Source of the DNA: Thermoanaerobaculia bacterium
GTDB taxonomy: Bacteria > Acidobacteriota > Thermoanaerobaculia > UBA5066
Reading direction: 5' to 3'
DNA: 53,707 bases
Assembly (NCBI GenBank): GCA_038245905.1
Contig: JBBRRY010000028.1
Location: forward strand, 1 to 53,707
The notes under the pieces are model-generated. The model had not been told where the DNA came from. It saw nothing but the letters and a program-made list of their open reading frames with translations, and ran no database searches. A program made the translations under genes and the position numbers. Below, piece after piece: positions 1-8,212 of the stretch (the first letter of the stretch is position 1; every line of letters starts with the position of its first letter).

Positions 1-104
1 TCACCGTCCACCCGGATCATGGGCGGCGAGTTCGTCGTGATGTGAAGGTCCGATCCTCCGCGCTCGACGAGCGTCTTGAGGAGCTGATGGAGCGTGACCC
101 CCAT
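1..104 (-). CDS. pilT: Type IV pilus retraction ATPase PilT, 5' end (truncated by window edge)
   Basis: Not in the ORF track. My minus-strand translation from ATG at 104 gives MGVTLHQLLKTLVERGGSDLHITTNSPPMIRVDG, the typical PilT N-terminus (SDLHI...P.IRVDG). GGGAGGG SD upstream. Confidence 0.88.
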   Translation of the reverse strand, partial: MGVTLHQLLKTLVERGGSDLHITTNSPPMIRVDG

Positions 105-142
105 TGCGCTGTCCCTCCCGAGTACGCACGAATGATACGCGA

Positions 143-1714
143 TTATGCAAGGAGGCCGTAAGCGGGAAGGGTCAGGAAGTCGGCGAAGCCCTGATCGAGG
201 ACGAGGGAGTCGAGGAGATTCGCTGCTTCCCCGAGCCGCCCCGATTCGCTTCCGCCGAGCCTCTCGAGCTCTTCCGCACGGATGGCGCGGTAGAGCTCCG
301 CCGTGGCGGGCCGCCCGTCGGCCAGCGCCGCGCCGCGGTGGAGCCACTGCCAGAGCTGGGCGCGCGAGATCTCGGCCGTCGCCGCGTCTTCCATGAGGTT
401 GAAGATCGCGGCCGCTCCGTTCCCGAGGAGCCACGAGTTCAGGTACTGGAGCGTGACGTTGATGTTCAGGCGAAAGCCGGCCTCGGTGACGGTGCCGTTC
501 GGCACGCGGAGGTCGACGAGCCTCGCGGGGTCGGGCACGACGTCCTCGCGGAGGCGCTCCTTCTGATACGGCTTCTCTCCGAGCGCGTTCTCGAAGACCT
601 CCCACGCCACCGGCACGAGGTCGGGGTGGGCCACCCACGTTCCGTCGAAGCCGTCGGCGACCTCGCGGTCCTTGTCGGCTCTCACTTTCGCGAGCGCCGC
701 CGCGTTGACCTCCGGATCCTTGCGCGTGGGGATGAAGGGCGCCATGCCGCCCATCGCGTGGGCGCCCCGCCGATGGCACGTTTTCACGAGGAGCTCCGAG
801 TAGGCGCGCATGAAGGGGACCGTCATGGTGATCTGGGCCCGGTCCGGCAGGACGAGATCGGCGCGCGCGTGGAATTTCTTGATGAGGCTGAAGAGATAGT
901 CCCAGCGCCCCGCGTTCAGGCCGCTCGCGTGCTCGCGCAGCTCGTACAGGATCTCTTCCATCTCGAACGCGGCGGGCAGCGTCTCGATGAGGACGGTCGC
1001 GCGAATCGTGCCGCGCGGAATCTTCAGAGCGGCCTGGGCCGCCCGGAAGACGTCGTTCCAGAGCCGCGCCTCGAGATGGCTTTCCAGCTTGGGCAGGTAG
1101 AAATAGGGTCCGGTTCCGCGCTCTTCGAGCGCCTCGGCGTTGTGGAAGAGATAGAGACCGAAGTCGAAGAGACTCGCCGAGACCGGAGCGCCGTCGACGC
1201 GAACGTGCTTTTCCGGCAGGTGCCAACCGCGCGGGCGCACGAGGAGCGTCGCGATCGAGGGATTCAGCCGGTAGGTCTTTCCCTCGGGGCTCGCGTACGC
1301 GATCGTCCGGCGGACCGCGTCCATCAGGTTGACCTGCCCCCGCACGACGTTCTCCCAGGTCGGGGAGAGCGAGTCCTCGAAATCGGCCATGAACACGCTC
1401 GCGCCGGAGTTGAGCGCGTTGATCATCATCTTCCGCTCGACGGGACCCGTGATCTCCACCCAGCGCTTCCGAAGATCCGCCGGTGCGGGCGCGACGGTCC
1501 AGTCGCCTGCGCGCACGGCGGCTGTATCGGAAAGGAAGCCGGGAAGCTCACCCGCGTCGAAGAGCTTCTGGCGCTCGACCCGGCGGGCGAGGAGTTCGAT
1601 CCGGCGGCCGTTGAATTCGCGGTGGAGGCCCGCGACGAAGAGGAGCGCCTCGTCCGAAAGGATGATCTCCGAGCCCGCGACCGGCACGCCCTGGATGCGC
1701 GTTCCTGTGTTCAT
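143..1714 (-). CDS. aceB: Malate synthase A
   Basis: [56 protein letters not shown] motifs; 523 aa. Confidence 0.96.
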   Translation of the reverse strand: MNTGTRIQGVPVAGSEIILSDEALLFVAGLHREFNGRRIELLARRVERQKLFDAGELPGFLSDTAAVRAGDWTVAPAPADLRKRWVEITGPVERKMMINALNSGASVFMADFEDSLSPTWENVVRGQVNLMDAVRRTIAYASPEGKTYRLNPSIATLLVRPRGWHLPEKHVRVDGAPVSASLFDFGLYLFHNAEALEERGTGPYFYLPKLESHLEARLWNDVFRAAQAALKIPRGTIRATVLIETLPAAFEMEEILYELREHASGLNAGRWDYLFSLIKKFHARADLVLPDRAQITMTVPFMRAYSELLVKTCHRRGAHAMGGMAPFIPTRKDPEVNAAALAKVRADKDREVADGFDGTWVAHPDLVPVAWEVFENALGEKPYQKERLREDVVPDPARLVDLRVPNGTVTEAGFRLNINVTLQYLNSWLLGNGAAAIFNLMEDAATAEISRAQLWQWLHRGAALADGRPATAELYRAIRAEELERLGGSESGRLGEAANLLDSLVLDQGFADFLTLPAYGLLA

Positions 1715-1774
1715 TTCGACACCCCGAACAGGGGATCGTAATACGACGAGAGGAGAGATCGTCGCGGCAAGGAG

Positions 1775-2173
1775 TCAAGCCCGGGCGCGGAGGTCGAGGA
1801 GGCCGCTCTCGACGATGTGTTTCAGGTCCCGGTCGCGGAAGAGCATGTCGCAGCGGTTCTCGGCGGCGAGGACAGCGAGAAAACAGTCGATCGTCGAGCG
1901 GATCGTGATTCCCCGGCGCCGCAGCGTGCGATGGAGATCCGCGGCCTTCAGATAGGTGTCGATCCCCACAGGCTCGAGGAAGGTCATCTTCCGGAAGAAC
2001 GCCTCGAGCTCCTCCCGATCACGCTTGATGCCCTGAAAGACCTCGGCGGCTACGAGGCCGCACGTGCAGACGTCGTCCTCGCCCGCGAGGAGGCGGTCGA
2101 CGGCGCGGGCCTCGGGGGAGTCCGTCCCGTTCAGGAACTCTGCCCAGGCAGACGTGTCGACGAGGACTCTCAC
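1775..2173 (-). CDS. vapC: PIN-domain toxin (VapC family)
   Basis: VLVDTSAW N-terminus, IRSTIDCFLA, RDRDL; 132 aa, directly downstream of a small antitoxin-like ORF. Confidence 0.9.
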   Translation of the reverse strand: MRVLVDTSAWAEFLNGTDSPEARAVDRLLAGEDDVCTCGLVAAEVFQGIKRDREELEAFFRKMTFLEPVGIDTYLKAADLHRTLRRRGITIRSTIDCFLAVLAAENRCDMLFRDRDLKHIVESGLLDLRARA

Positions 2174-2182
2174 GTCACGGCG

Positions 2183-2389
2183 TCAGGAGGGGCGGGGATT
2201 GCGCCTGCGGAGCGCGTCGAGGTCGCCCGTCCAGCCGACCTTGCCGGCGAGCTTCCGGAGCCCGCGCAAGGCGCGCCGCCGCGCGTAGTCGCGCAGCGCG
2301 TCGTTGATGACGGCCGTCTTCGTCTTCCCGGGGTCGGCCTCGAGCGCCGCCTCGAGCGCCTCGTCGTCGATGTTCAGGGTCGTCCGCAC
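2183..2389 (-). CDS. vapB: VapB-family antitoxin (RHH-type)
   Basis: MRTTLNIDDEALEAA...TKTAVINDAL...W.GDLDALR; 68 aa, upstream of the PIN toxin. Confidence 0.88.
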   Translation of the reverse strand: MRTTLNIDDEALEAALEADPGKTKTAVINDALRDYARRRALRGLRKLAGKVGWTGDLDALRRRNPRPS

Positions 2390-2390
2390 G

Positions 2391-2430
2391 ATCTGCCTCT
2401 CGATGCAGATCCTAGCAGATTTAGATCTGT
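2391..2430 (-). promoter_or_regulatory. Putative vapBC promoter/operator
   Basis: Minus-strand extended -10 TGcTAGGAT (2417-2409), embedded in four CAGAT/ATCTG half-sites that form inverted repeats. Confidence 0.5.
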
Positions 2431-2441
2431 ATGTTCCTGCC

Positions 2442-4169
2442 TTACAGCACGGTCTCCCGCACGACTTCCTCGATCGACGTCAGGCCGTCCTTGATCTTCG
2501 CGAGGCCGGAGCGGCGCAAGGAGACCATGCCTTCCTCGAGGCCCTTCCTCTTGATCTCGATCGAGGAGGCGCCCGAGAGAATGAGCTCGCGGATCTCCTC
2601 CGAGATCTCGAGGACCTCGACGAGCGCCACGCGGCCCTTGTAGCCGGTGTTGTTGCACTTCTCGCAGCCCTTGCCCTTCATCACCTGGATGTTCTTGGCG
2701 TCCTCCGCGGTGAAGCCGAGGGAGACGAGGACCTGCGGGGCGACTTCCGTGGGCCCCTTGCAGCTCGCGCAGACGCGCCGGATGAGCCGCTGCGCCGCGA
2801 TGAGGACGACCGACGTGGCGACGAGGTAGGGCTCGATGCCCATGTTCATGAGGCGGTTGATCGTGGAGGGCGCGTCGTTCGTGTGGAGCGTCGAGAGGAC
2901 GAGGTGTCCGGTGAGGGACGCCTTGACCGCGATTTCCGCCGTCTCGAAGTCGCGGATCTCTCCGACGAGGATGATGTTCGGATCCTGCCGGAGGAACGAG
3001 CGCAGTGCGGCCGCGAAGTTCAGGCCGATCTGGTCCTTCATCTGGACCTGGTTGATCCCCGGCAGGTTGAACTCCACCGGATCTTCGGCCGTCATGATGT
3101 TCGTCTCGGGCGTGTTGATGCGCGAGAGAGCCGAGTAGAGCGTGTTCGTCTTCCCCGACCCCGTCGGACCGGTTACGAGGACCATGCCCCACGGGCGCAG
3201 GATGGCCTTCTCGAACTTGAGGAGGCTCTCCTTCTCGAACCCCAGCTTCGTCATGTCGAGCATGAGGTTGTCTTTGTCGAGAAGGCGGCAGACGATTTTC
3301 TCTCCGAACAGCGTGGGGAGCACCGACACGCGGTAGTCGAGCTCCTTCACCTTGCCCGAAAGCTTCATCCTGATCTTGATGCGGCCGTCCTGCGGCAGGC
3401 GTTTCTCGGCGATGTCCATCTTCGCGAGAATCTTGACGCGCGACGCGATGGCCTCCTTGAGCTTCGGAGGCGGGTTCATGACCTCGTAGAGGATGCCGTC
3501 GATGCGGTACCGCACGCGATATTCGCGTTCGTAAGGCTCGATGTGGATGTCCGACGCGCCGCGCTTGATCGCGTCCGTCAGGATGATGTTCACGAGCCGG
3601 ATGACGGGCGCTTCCTCGCCCTCGTCGACGAGTCTTTCGAGGTCGATCGTCTCCTGCTGGGACTCCTCTACGACCTCGAGAGAGGTGTCGGCCGTGTCGA
3701 CGACCGACATCTCCTCCATGACCTTCTTCAGCTCGAGGGCGTGCGTGGCCCCGTAGTGCTTGTCGATCGCGAGCGAGAGCGCGTTTTCGGACGCGACGAC
3801 GGGCTCGACGTTGTACCCGGTCATGAACTTGATGTCGTCCATGGCGAACACGTTCGTCGGGTCGGCCATGGCGATCGTGATCGTGGCGCCCGTCTTGTTG
3901 ACGGGAAGAATGTTGTACTTGCGCGCGACGTCGGCCGCGACGAGCTTGAGGACCGCCGGGTCGATCTCGAAGTGCGAGAGGTTGATCGACGGAACGCCGA
4001 ACTGAGCCGACAGTGTCTCGGTGATGTCGTCCTCGCTGACGTAGCCCAGCTTGACGAGCGACTCGCCGAGCTTCATTCCGGAGGATTGAACTTCCCGCAG
4101 CGCTTCCTGAAGCTGCTCGGGTGTGATTAGCTTCGACTTGACGAGGAGATCCCCGAGCTTTACCGCCAT
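2442..4169 (-). CDS. pilB: Type IV-A pilus assembly ATPase PilB
   Basis: MshEN-like N-terminus (KLGDLLV...KLGESLV), GASDIHIEP, Walker A GPTGSGKT, LRQDPNIILVGEIRD, two CxxC pairs. Confidence 0.94.
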   Translation of the reverse strand: MAVKLGDLLVKSKLITPEQLQEALREVQSSGMKLGESLVKLGYVSEDDITETLSAQFGVPSINLSHFEIDPAVLKLVAADVARKYNILPVNKTGATITIAMADPTNVFAMDDIKFMTGYNVEPVVASENALSLAIDKHYGATHALELKKVMEEMSVVDTADTSLEVVEESQQETIDLERLVDEGEEAPVIRLVNIILTDAIKRGASDIHIEPYEREYRVRYRIDGILYEVMNPPPKLKEAIASRVKILAKMDIAEKRLPQDGRIKIRMKLSGKVKELDYRVSVLPTLFGEKIVCRLLDKDNLMLDMTKLGFEKESLLKFEKAILRPWGMVLVTGPTGSGKTNTLYSALSRINTPETNIMTAEDPVEFNLPGINQVQMKDQIGLNFAAALRSFLRQDPNIILVGEIRDFETAEIAVKASLTGHLVLSTLHTNDAPSTINRLMNMGIEPYLVATSVVLIAAQRLIRRVCASCKGPTEVAPQVLVSLGFTAEDAKNIQVMKGKGCEKCNNTGYKGRVALVEVLEISEEIRELILSGASSIEIKRKGLEEGMVSLRRSGLAKIKDGLTSIEEVVRETVL

Positions 4170-4186
4170 TCGCTGATTCTAGCGGG

Positions 4187-5116
4187 TCAGGGTGTTGCGG
4201 GTGGATCGCTTTTCGTGACTGTGCTCTCCGGCGCGCCCGCCGGTGCGGCGGGGGCGGGAGGTTTCGTCCCGGCAGTGACCTTCCGGAGGCGTGCCGTCAC
4301 GGACCCGATGGGCATCACTGTCTTGGCCATCACGGGAAGCCGCCGCTCGTCGTCCGAGAACCAGAGGAAGAGCTTTCCGCGATTGCGGTCCTCGTCGGTC
4401 TCGTTCTCGCGCAGCTGGGGTTGCAGCTTGAACGCGTCGAATACCCCGGCTTCTGTCTCGACCCGTTCTTTCTCGAGCACGGCGGCCTTGAGCTTGTAAA
4501 CCTTTCCGCGCGAGAACATGTCGACGCGGACATCCTGGCCGACCACGAGGGGCTGCGCCCTCAGGAAGTAGAAGGAAGAGATGATGTCCTGCACGCGCTC
4601 GGGGAGCGGCGTCCGGTCCTCCCGCCAGCTTCCGATCCGCCTCGCGAGGTCGAACTCCTCGACCTCGTCGGATTCGTAGCGGCCCTCGCGTGCGTGCTTC
4701 TCGAAGCGCAGCGGCTGAAAGTCGCGCGCGTCGATCCAGGTCTCGTAAAGGTCGCGCACCGGGTAGAACTTCGAGACATAGTCGTTCGAGGTCGCGACGA
4801 GGGTCATGCGGTGGACCGGAACGCCGTCGCTCGTCGTCTCACGGGCGGTCCGAAGCGTCATCTCGCCGCCCTCGATCTTCAGCCAGGCGATCGTGTAGAC
4901 GAGCGTCTCGCCCGAGCCGAACGGCACGGGATACAGCCGGTCCTTGGAAAGAGCCTCGCGCGCGGCGACGAAAACGGGCGGCCGGTCGGCCGCGGAGGGG
5001 CGTGCGCCCGGCAGGAGAGCGAGGAGGCCCAGGGCCAGGGCGACTGCGCCGCGAACGGCGCTACGCGAGCAGCCGGCGGGCGGCGTCACGAACGTCCTCG
5101 AACGGCCATCGTCCAC
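4187..5116 (-). CDS. DUF3108-family exported protein
   Basis: Hydrophobic signal segment, PF.SGETLVY, FYPVRDLYETW, VETEAGVFDA, LWFSDDERRLPV. Start set at GTG 5116 because TACAAT lies 7 nt upstream. Confidence 0.75.
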   Translation of the reverse strand: MDDGRSRTFVTPPAGCSRSAVRGAVALALGLLALLPGARPSAADRPPVFVAAREALSKDRLYPVPFGSGETLVYTIAWLKIEGGEMTLRTARETTSDGVPVHRMTLVATSNDYVSKFYPVRDLYETWIDARDFQPLRFEKHAREGRYESDEVEEFDLARRIGSWREDRTPLPERVQDIISSFYFLRAQPLVVGQDVRVDMFSRGKVYKLKAAVLEKERVETEAGVFDAFKLQPQLRENETDEDRNRGKLFLWFSDDERRLPVMAKTVMPIGSVTARLRKVTAGTKPPAPAAPAGAPESTVTKSDPPATP

Positions 5117-6104
5117 TCGAACGATTGTAGGCCGCCGGAGATTCCCGGAGGACGGCCGTCCGTGGGCCGACCGGGCCGAAGCGCCCGGGCGGCGTGGGCC
5201 CGAAGAGAGCGAGTGTGGGCGCGCCGGCTGCCGCCGCGAGATGCGTCGGCCCCGTGTCGGCCCCGACGAAGAGCGCCGCCCGCGCCGCGAGGCGCGCGGT
5301 GGACGCCGGCGTCGTCGGAGGGGCGAGGAGAAGAGGCGGTATTGAGGGGGAAAGAGAGGATGAAGAAGGGGATTTCTTAGAAAGGGTAATGAGCGCCTCC
5401 GCCCGGCTCTCTTCTCCAGGGCCCCAGCGGAGCACGGGTTGGATCTCCTCATTCCTCAGCCATCCGGCGAACGCCACGACGTCGTCCGCGCGCCACTCTT
5501 TATTCACCTTCGAAGAAAAAGGCTGAAGCACGGCGAAGGGACGCGACCCGTATCGCGCCAGCCACGCATCAACCACGGGGTCCTCCCGCTCGACGAGGTG
5601 CCGGACGTCCGGCGTGCTTTCGAAGCCGCTCTCGCCCGTCACGTGCTCGGCGAGCGCGAGCATCTGGTCGACGAGGTGGGGGCGGGCGGCGCGGTCGACA
5701 TCCACACGCTCGTCGGTGAACAGGCAGTTGATGCGTTCCGTCGCGGTGCGCCACCCGAATCCCACTTTCCGTCCGGAAGGCGCCGCCGCGGTCACGAGCG
5801 CCGATTTGAAAAGCCCCTGAGCGTCCACGACGAGATCGAACCTCGCGTCGGCCCCTCTTACCTTTCTCAGAAAATCCGAAATCCCCTCTCCCGTCTTCTT
5901 CCCGAATCCGGCGCGCCGCCATCCGCGCGTGTCCACGGGCAGGACGTCGTCCACGTACGCCGCGCCCTCGAGAAGCGGCGCGAGCGGCGGCTCGATCGCC
6001 CAGGTGAGGTGCGTACCGGGAAGCGCGGCCTTCAGCGCCTTCGCCGCCGGCAGCGCGAAGACGACATCGCCGAAAGACGACAGGCGCACGAAGAGGACTC
6101 GCAT
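5061..6104 (-). CDS. waaC: LPS heptosyltransferase I-like, GT9 family
   Basis: VRLSSFGDVV, DAQGLFKSA, GADTGPTHLAAAAGAPTLALFGPT. Confidence 0.82.
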   Translation of the reverse strand: MRVLFVRLSSFGDVVFALPAAKALKAALPGTHLTWAIEPPLAPLLEGAAYVDDVLPVDTRGWRRAGFGKKTGEGISDFLRKVRGADARFDLVVDAQGLFKSALVTAAAPSGRKVGFGWRTATERINCLFTDERVDVDRAARPHLVDQMLALAEHVTGESGFESTPDVRHLVEREDPVVDAWLARYGSRPFAVLQPFSSKVNKEWRADDVVAFAGWLRNEEIQPVLRWGPGEESRAEALITLSKKSPSSSSLSPSIPPLLLAPPTTPASTARLAARAALFVGADTGPTHLAAAAGAPTLALFGPTPPGRFGPVGPRTAVLRESPAAYNRSSGRWPFEDVRDAARRLLA

Positions 6105-6146
6105 CGGACCCGCGCAACCTTACCAGCCGTTGGGCTATGCTTGGAC

Positions 6147-6728
6147 ATGCTCGACTCGTCGGTGCTGGTTCTGAACCGCGGTTTCGCGGCCCTGACGCTG
6201 ACGGACGTCAAGCGGTGTTTCACCCTTTTTTACAAGGGCCACGTCCGCGCGGTCCTGCCGGACTACACGACGTACGCCTGGGACCAGTGGCAGGACATTC
6301 CCGTTCAGCCGGACGACGACGTCGTGACGACTCCGAACCTCGTCCTGAAGGTGCCCCGTGTCATCCAGCTCCTTTCCTGCGAGCGGTCCCCCCGCAACGA
6401 GGTCAAGTTCTCGCGCCACAACATCTACATGCGGGACGGGAACCGCTGCCAGTATTGCGGCAAGCGATTCTCCACCTCGGACCTCTCCCTCGACCACGTG
6501 ACGCCTCTCTCGCGAGGGGGGCCGTCCAACTGGGACAACATCGTCTGCGCCTGCCTGCCCTGCAACGTGAAGAAGGGAAACCGCCTCCCGGACGAGGCGG
6601 GTATGAAGCTGCGGCGCGTCCCGGCCAAGCCGCGGGGAACTCCGCTCGGCCTGATGTCGCCGCATCGGATCCACCCGACGTGGAAGAATTTCCTCGACAT
6701 GGCGTATTGGAACGTCGAGCTGAAGTAG
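6147..6728 (+). CDS. HNH endonuclease (McrA-like, HNH_5 type)
   Basis: From ATG 6147: VLVLNR..., FSRHNIYMRDGNRCQYCG, LDHVTPLSRGG, WDNIVCACLPCNVKKG. Confidence 0.9.
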   Translation: MLDSSVLVLNRGFAALTLTDVKRCFTLFYKGHVRAVLPDYTTYAWDQWQDIPVQPDDDVVTTPNLVLKVPRVIQLLSCERSPRNEVKFSRHNIYMRDGNRCQYCGKRFSTSDLSLDHVTPLSRGGPSNWDNIVCACLPCNVKKGNRLPDEAGMKLRRVPAKPRGTPLGLMSPHRIHPTWKNFLDMAYWNVELK

Positions 6729-6760
6729 CGAGCCCGAATTCACGCTTCAGGTATTGCCAC

Positions 6761-6776
6761 TGCACGGAAACGTGCA
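6761..6776. promoter_or_regulatory. Palindrome TGCACG-GAAA-CGTGCA, candidate enhancer-binding-protein site
   Basis: Perfect 6-bp arms about 100 bp upstream of the sigma54-type motif; resembles the NtrC-type TGCAC...GTGCA site. Confidence 0.4.
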
Positions 6777-6877
6777 GGGCCCGCCCCGGGGCACTCCATG
6801 GCCGCCCGGTGCGGATTGGCCCTAAACTATTCTAAGAAAAACAGGTTACCGGCGCGGACAGACGTTTGTCGCGAGCG

Positions 6878-6892
6878 TGGCAGCGGGGTTGC
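6878..6892 (+). promoter_or_regulatory. Sigma54 (-24/-12) promoter
   Basis: TGGCAGCGGGGTTGC has exact GG-N10-GC spacing with TGGCA and TTGC boxes, 60 nt before ATG 6953. Confidence 0.65.
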
Positions 6893-6952
6893 GCTACTGG
6901 TTTCGTCGGTCGCCCCCGAGCCGGCCACAGAAACAGGGGACTGGAGAACAAA

Positions 6953-7246
6953 ATGAAGAAGACGCTTTCCGCCCTCGTCGCCGTCGCCGTTCTGTCGCTC
7001 GGGGTTGCTTTCGCCGAAGAGGCGAAGACCTCCACGAAGACCGAAGCCACGACCACGACCAACCCGATCACGGGCAACAAGACCGAGAAGGCCTCGACGA
7101 CGACCGAGACCAAGGCTCATACCGGCAAGAAGACCACGAAGAAGTCGCACAAGAAGGTCACGAAGAAGTCCGGCGCCGTCAAGAGCGACATGACGAAGAC
7201 CGAGGCGTCCACAGCCGCCGCCCCCGCCGCCCCCGCCACGAAGTAA
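6953..7246 (+). CDS. Small secreted Lys/Thr-rich low-complexity protein
   Basis: GGAG SD, signal peptide MKKTLSALVAVAVLSLGVAFA, then a K/T/A/H-rich tail; own terminator follows. Confidence 0.82.
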   Translation: MKKTLSALVAVAVLSLGVAFAEEAKTSTKTEATTTTNPITGNKTEKASTTTETKAHTGKKTTKKSHKKVTKKSGAVKSDMTKTEASTAAAPAAPATK

Positions 7247-7269
7247 CGTCCAAAAACAAGCTTCGAGCT

Positions 7270-8205
7270 TCAACGCCCGGGCCTCGTGCCCGGGCGTTTT
7301 TTTTCTGTGAACGCGTCGTGCCGCCAGCGGTTGTGAAACCAGAGCCATTGTTCGGGATGCCGGCGAATCACCGACTCCAGGATTCCATTGAGGCGGGCAG
7401 TGAGGCTCTCGACCCCCCGCTCCTCTCTCGAAAGAGTGCGGACGTCGAGCACGGGCTCGTAGGACAGGCGCCAGCGCGCGGCCGCGACGCGGCTTGCGTA
7501 AGTGGGAACGATGAGCGCCTCGGTACGGTCCGCGAGCTTCGCGAGAGCGGAGGATGTTGCGGCCGGGCGCCCGAAGAACGGCGCCGCGACGGCGTCCGGA
7601 GGTTCGGCATGCTGGTCGTTGAGAATTCCGATCGCACCACCGCCCCACAGGGCACGCAACATGCCTCGGGCGGCATCGCGCTTCTCGATCACCGTGTTGC
7701 CCGTGGATGTGCGCAGGCGGGTGATCGCCACGTCGAGGAGCGGATTGTCGAGCGGGCGAACGACGACACCGCACGAGATGCCGAGCCCGCCTGTGGCGAG
7801 CGCAGCCCATTCCCAGTTTCCGAGGTGCGCGGTCAGGAAGAAGACGCCCCGCCCGCTCGCGTAGGCGTCCTTCGCGATCTCCACGCCTTCCGTCTCGATG
7901 CGCTCCAGCGCGTCCGCCGGGTCATGAGCGAGCGCGTGGAGCAGTTCGGCCACGACCCCGCCGAAGTGCTCGAAGACGCGCACCGAAAGCGAGTCGACGT
8001 CGCTCGCGGACATCTCGGGAAAGGCGCGCGCGAGATTTTCTCGCGCGAGATTCCGCCGGCTCGCGTCGAGGCGGCGGTAAAGGCGCCCGAGCCTGCGCCC
8101 GGTCGATTCGGCAGCCTCGGGAGTTTTCCGCGCGAGAACGGCGCCGAACGCGCCGACGAACATGGCTTCGAGACGATTGCGAAGCGCGGTGCGATGTTTT
8201 GGCAC
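7270..8205 (-). CDS. Lipid A biosynthesis acyltransferase (LpxL/HtrB family)
   Basis: TAHLGNWE, RPLDNPLLD, ILNDQH, PFFGRPA, HPEQWLWFHNRW. Confidence 0.88.
   Translation of the reverse strand: MPKHRTALRNRLEAMFVGAFGAVLARKTPEAAESTGRRLGRLYRRLDASRRNLARENLARAFPEMSASDVDSLSVRVFEHFGGVVAELLHALAHDPADALERIETEGVEIAKDAYASGRGVFFLTAHLGNWEWAALATGGLGISCGVVVRPLDNPLLDVAITRLRTSTGNTVIEKRDAARGMLRALWGGGAIGILNDQHAEPPDAVAAPFFGRPAATSSALAKLADRTEALIVPTYASRVAAARWRLSYEPVLDVRTLSREERGVESLTARLNGILESVIRRHPEQWLWFHNRWRHDAFTEKKRPGTRPGR
7272..7304 (+). terminator. Rho-independent terminator
   Basis: AACGCCCGGGC-ctcgt-GCCCGGGCGTT stem followed by a T run, 26 nt after the stop at 7246. Confidence 0.85.
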
Positions 8206-8212
8206 GAAGTCC

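Noticed and set aside
104-1741. Long antisense ORFs (104-1741, 2304-4130, 14052-15497, 18210-20093, 31738-34761 and others)
   Set aside because: They shadow well-supported genes on the opposite strand, are Arg/Gly/Ala-rich without motifs, and are expected from high GC3.
6147-6728. HNH gene as a defence or mobile element
   Set aside because: It is a common stand-alone HNH type with no methylase, repeats, intron or integrase context.
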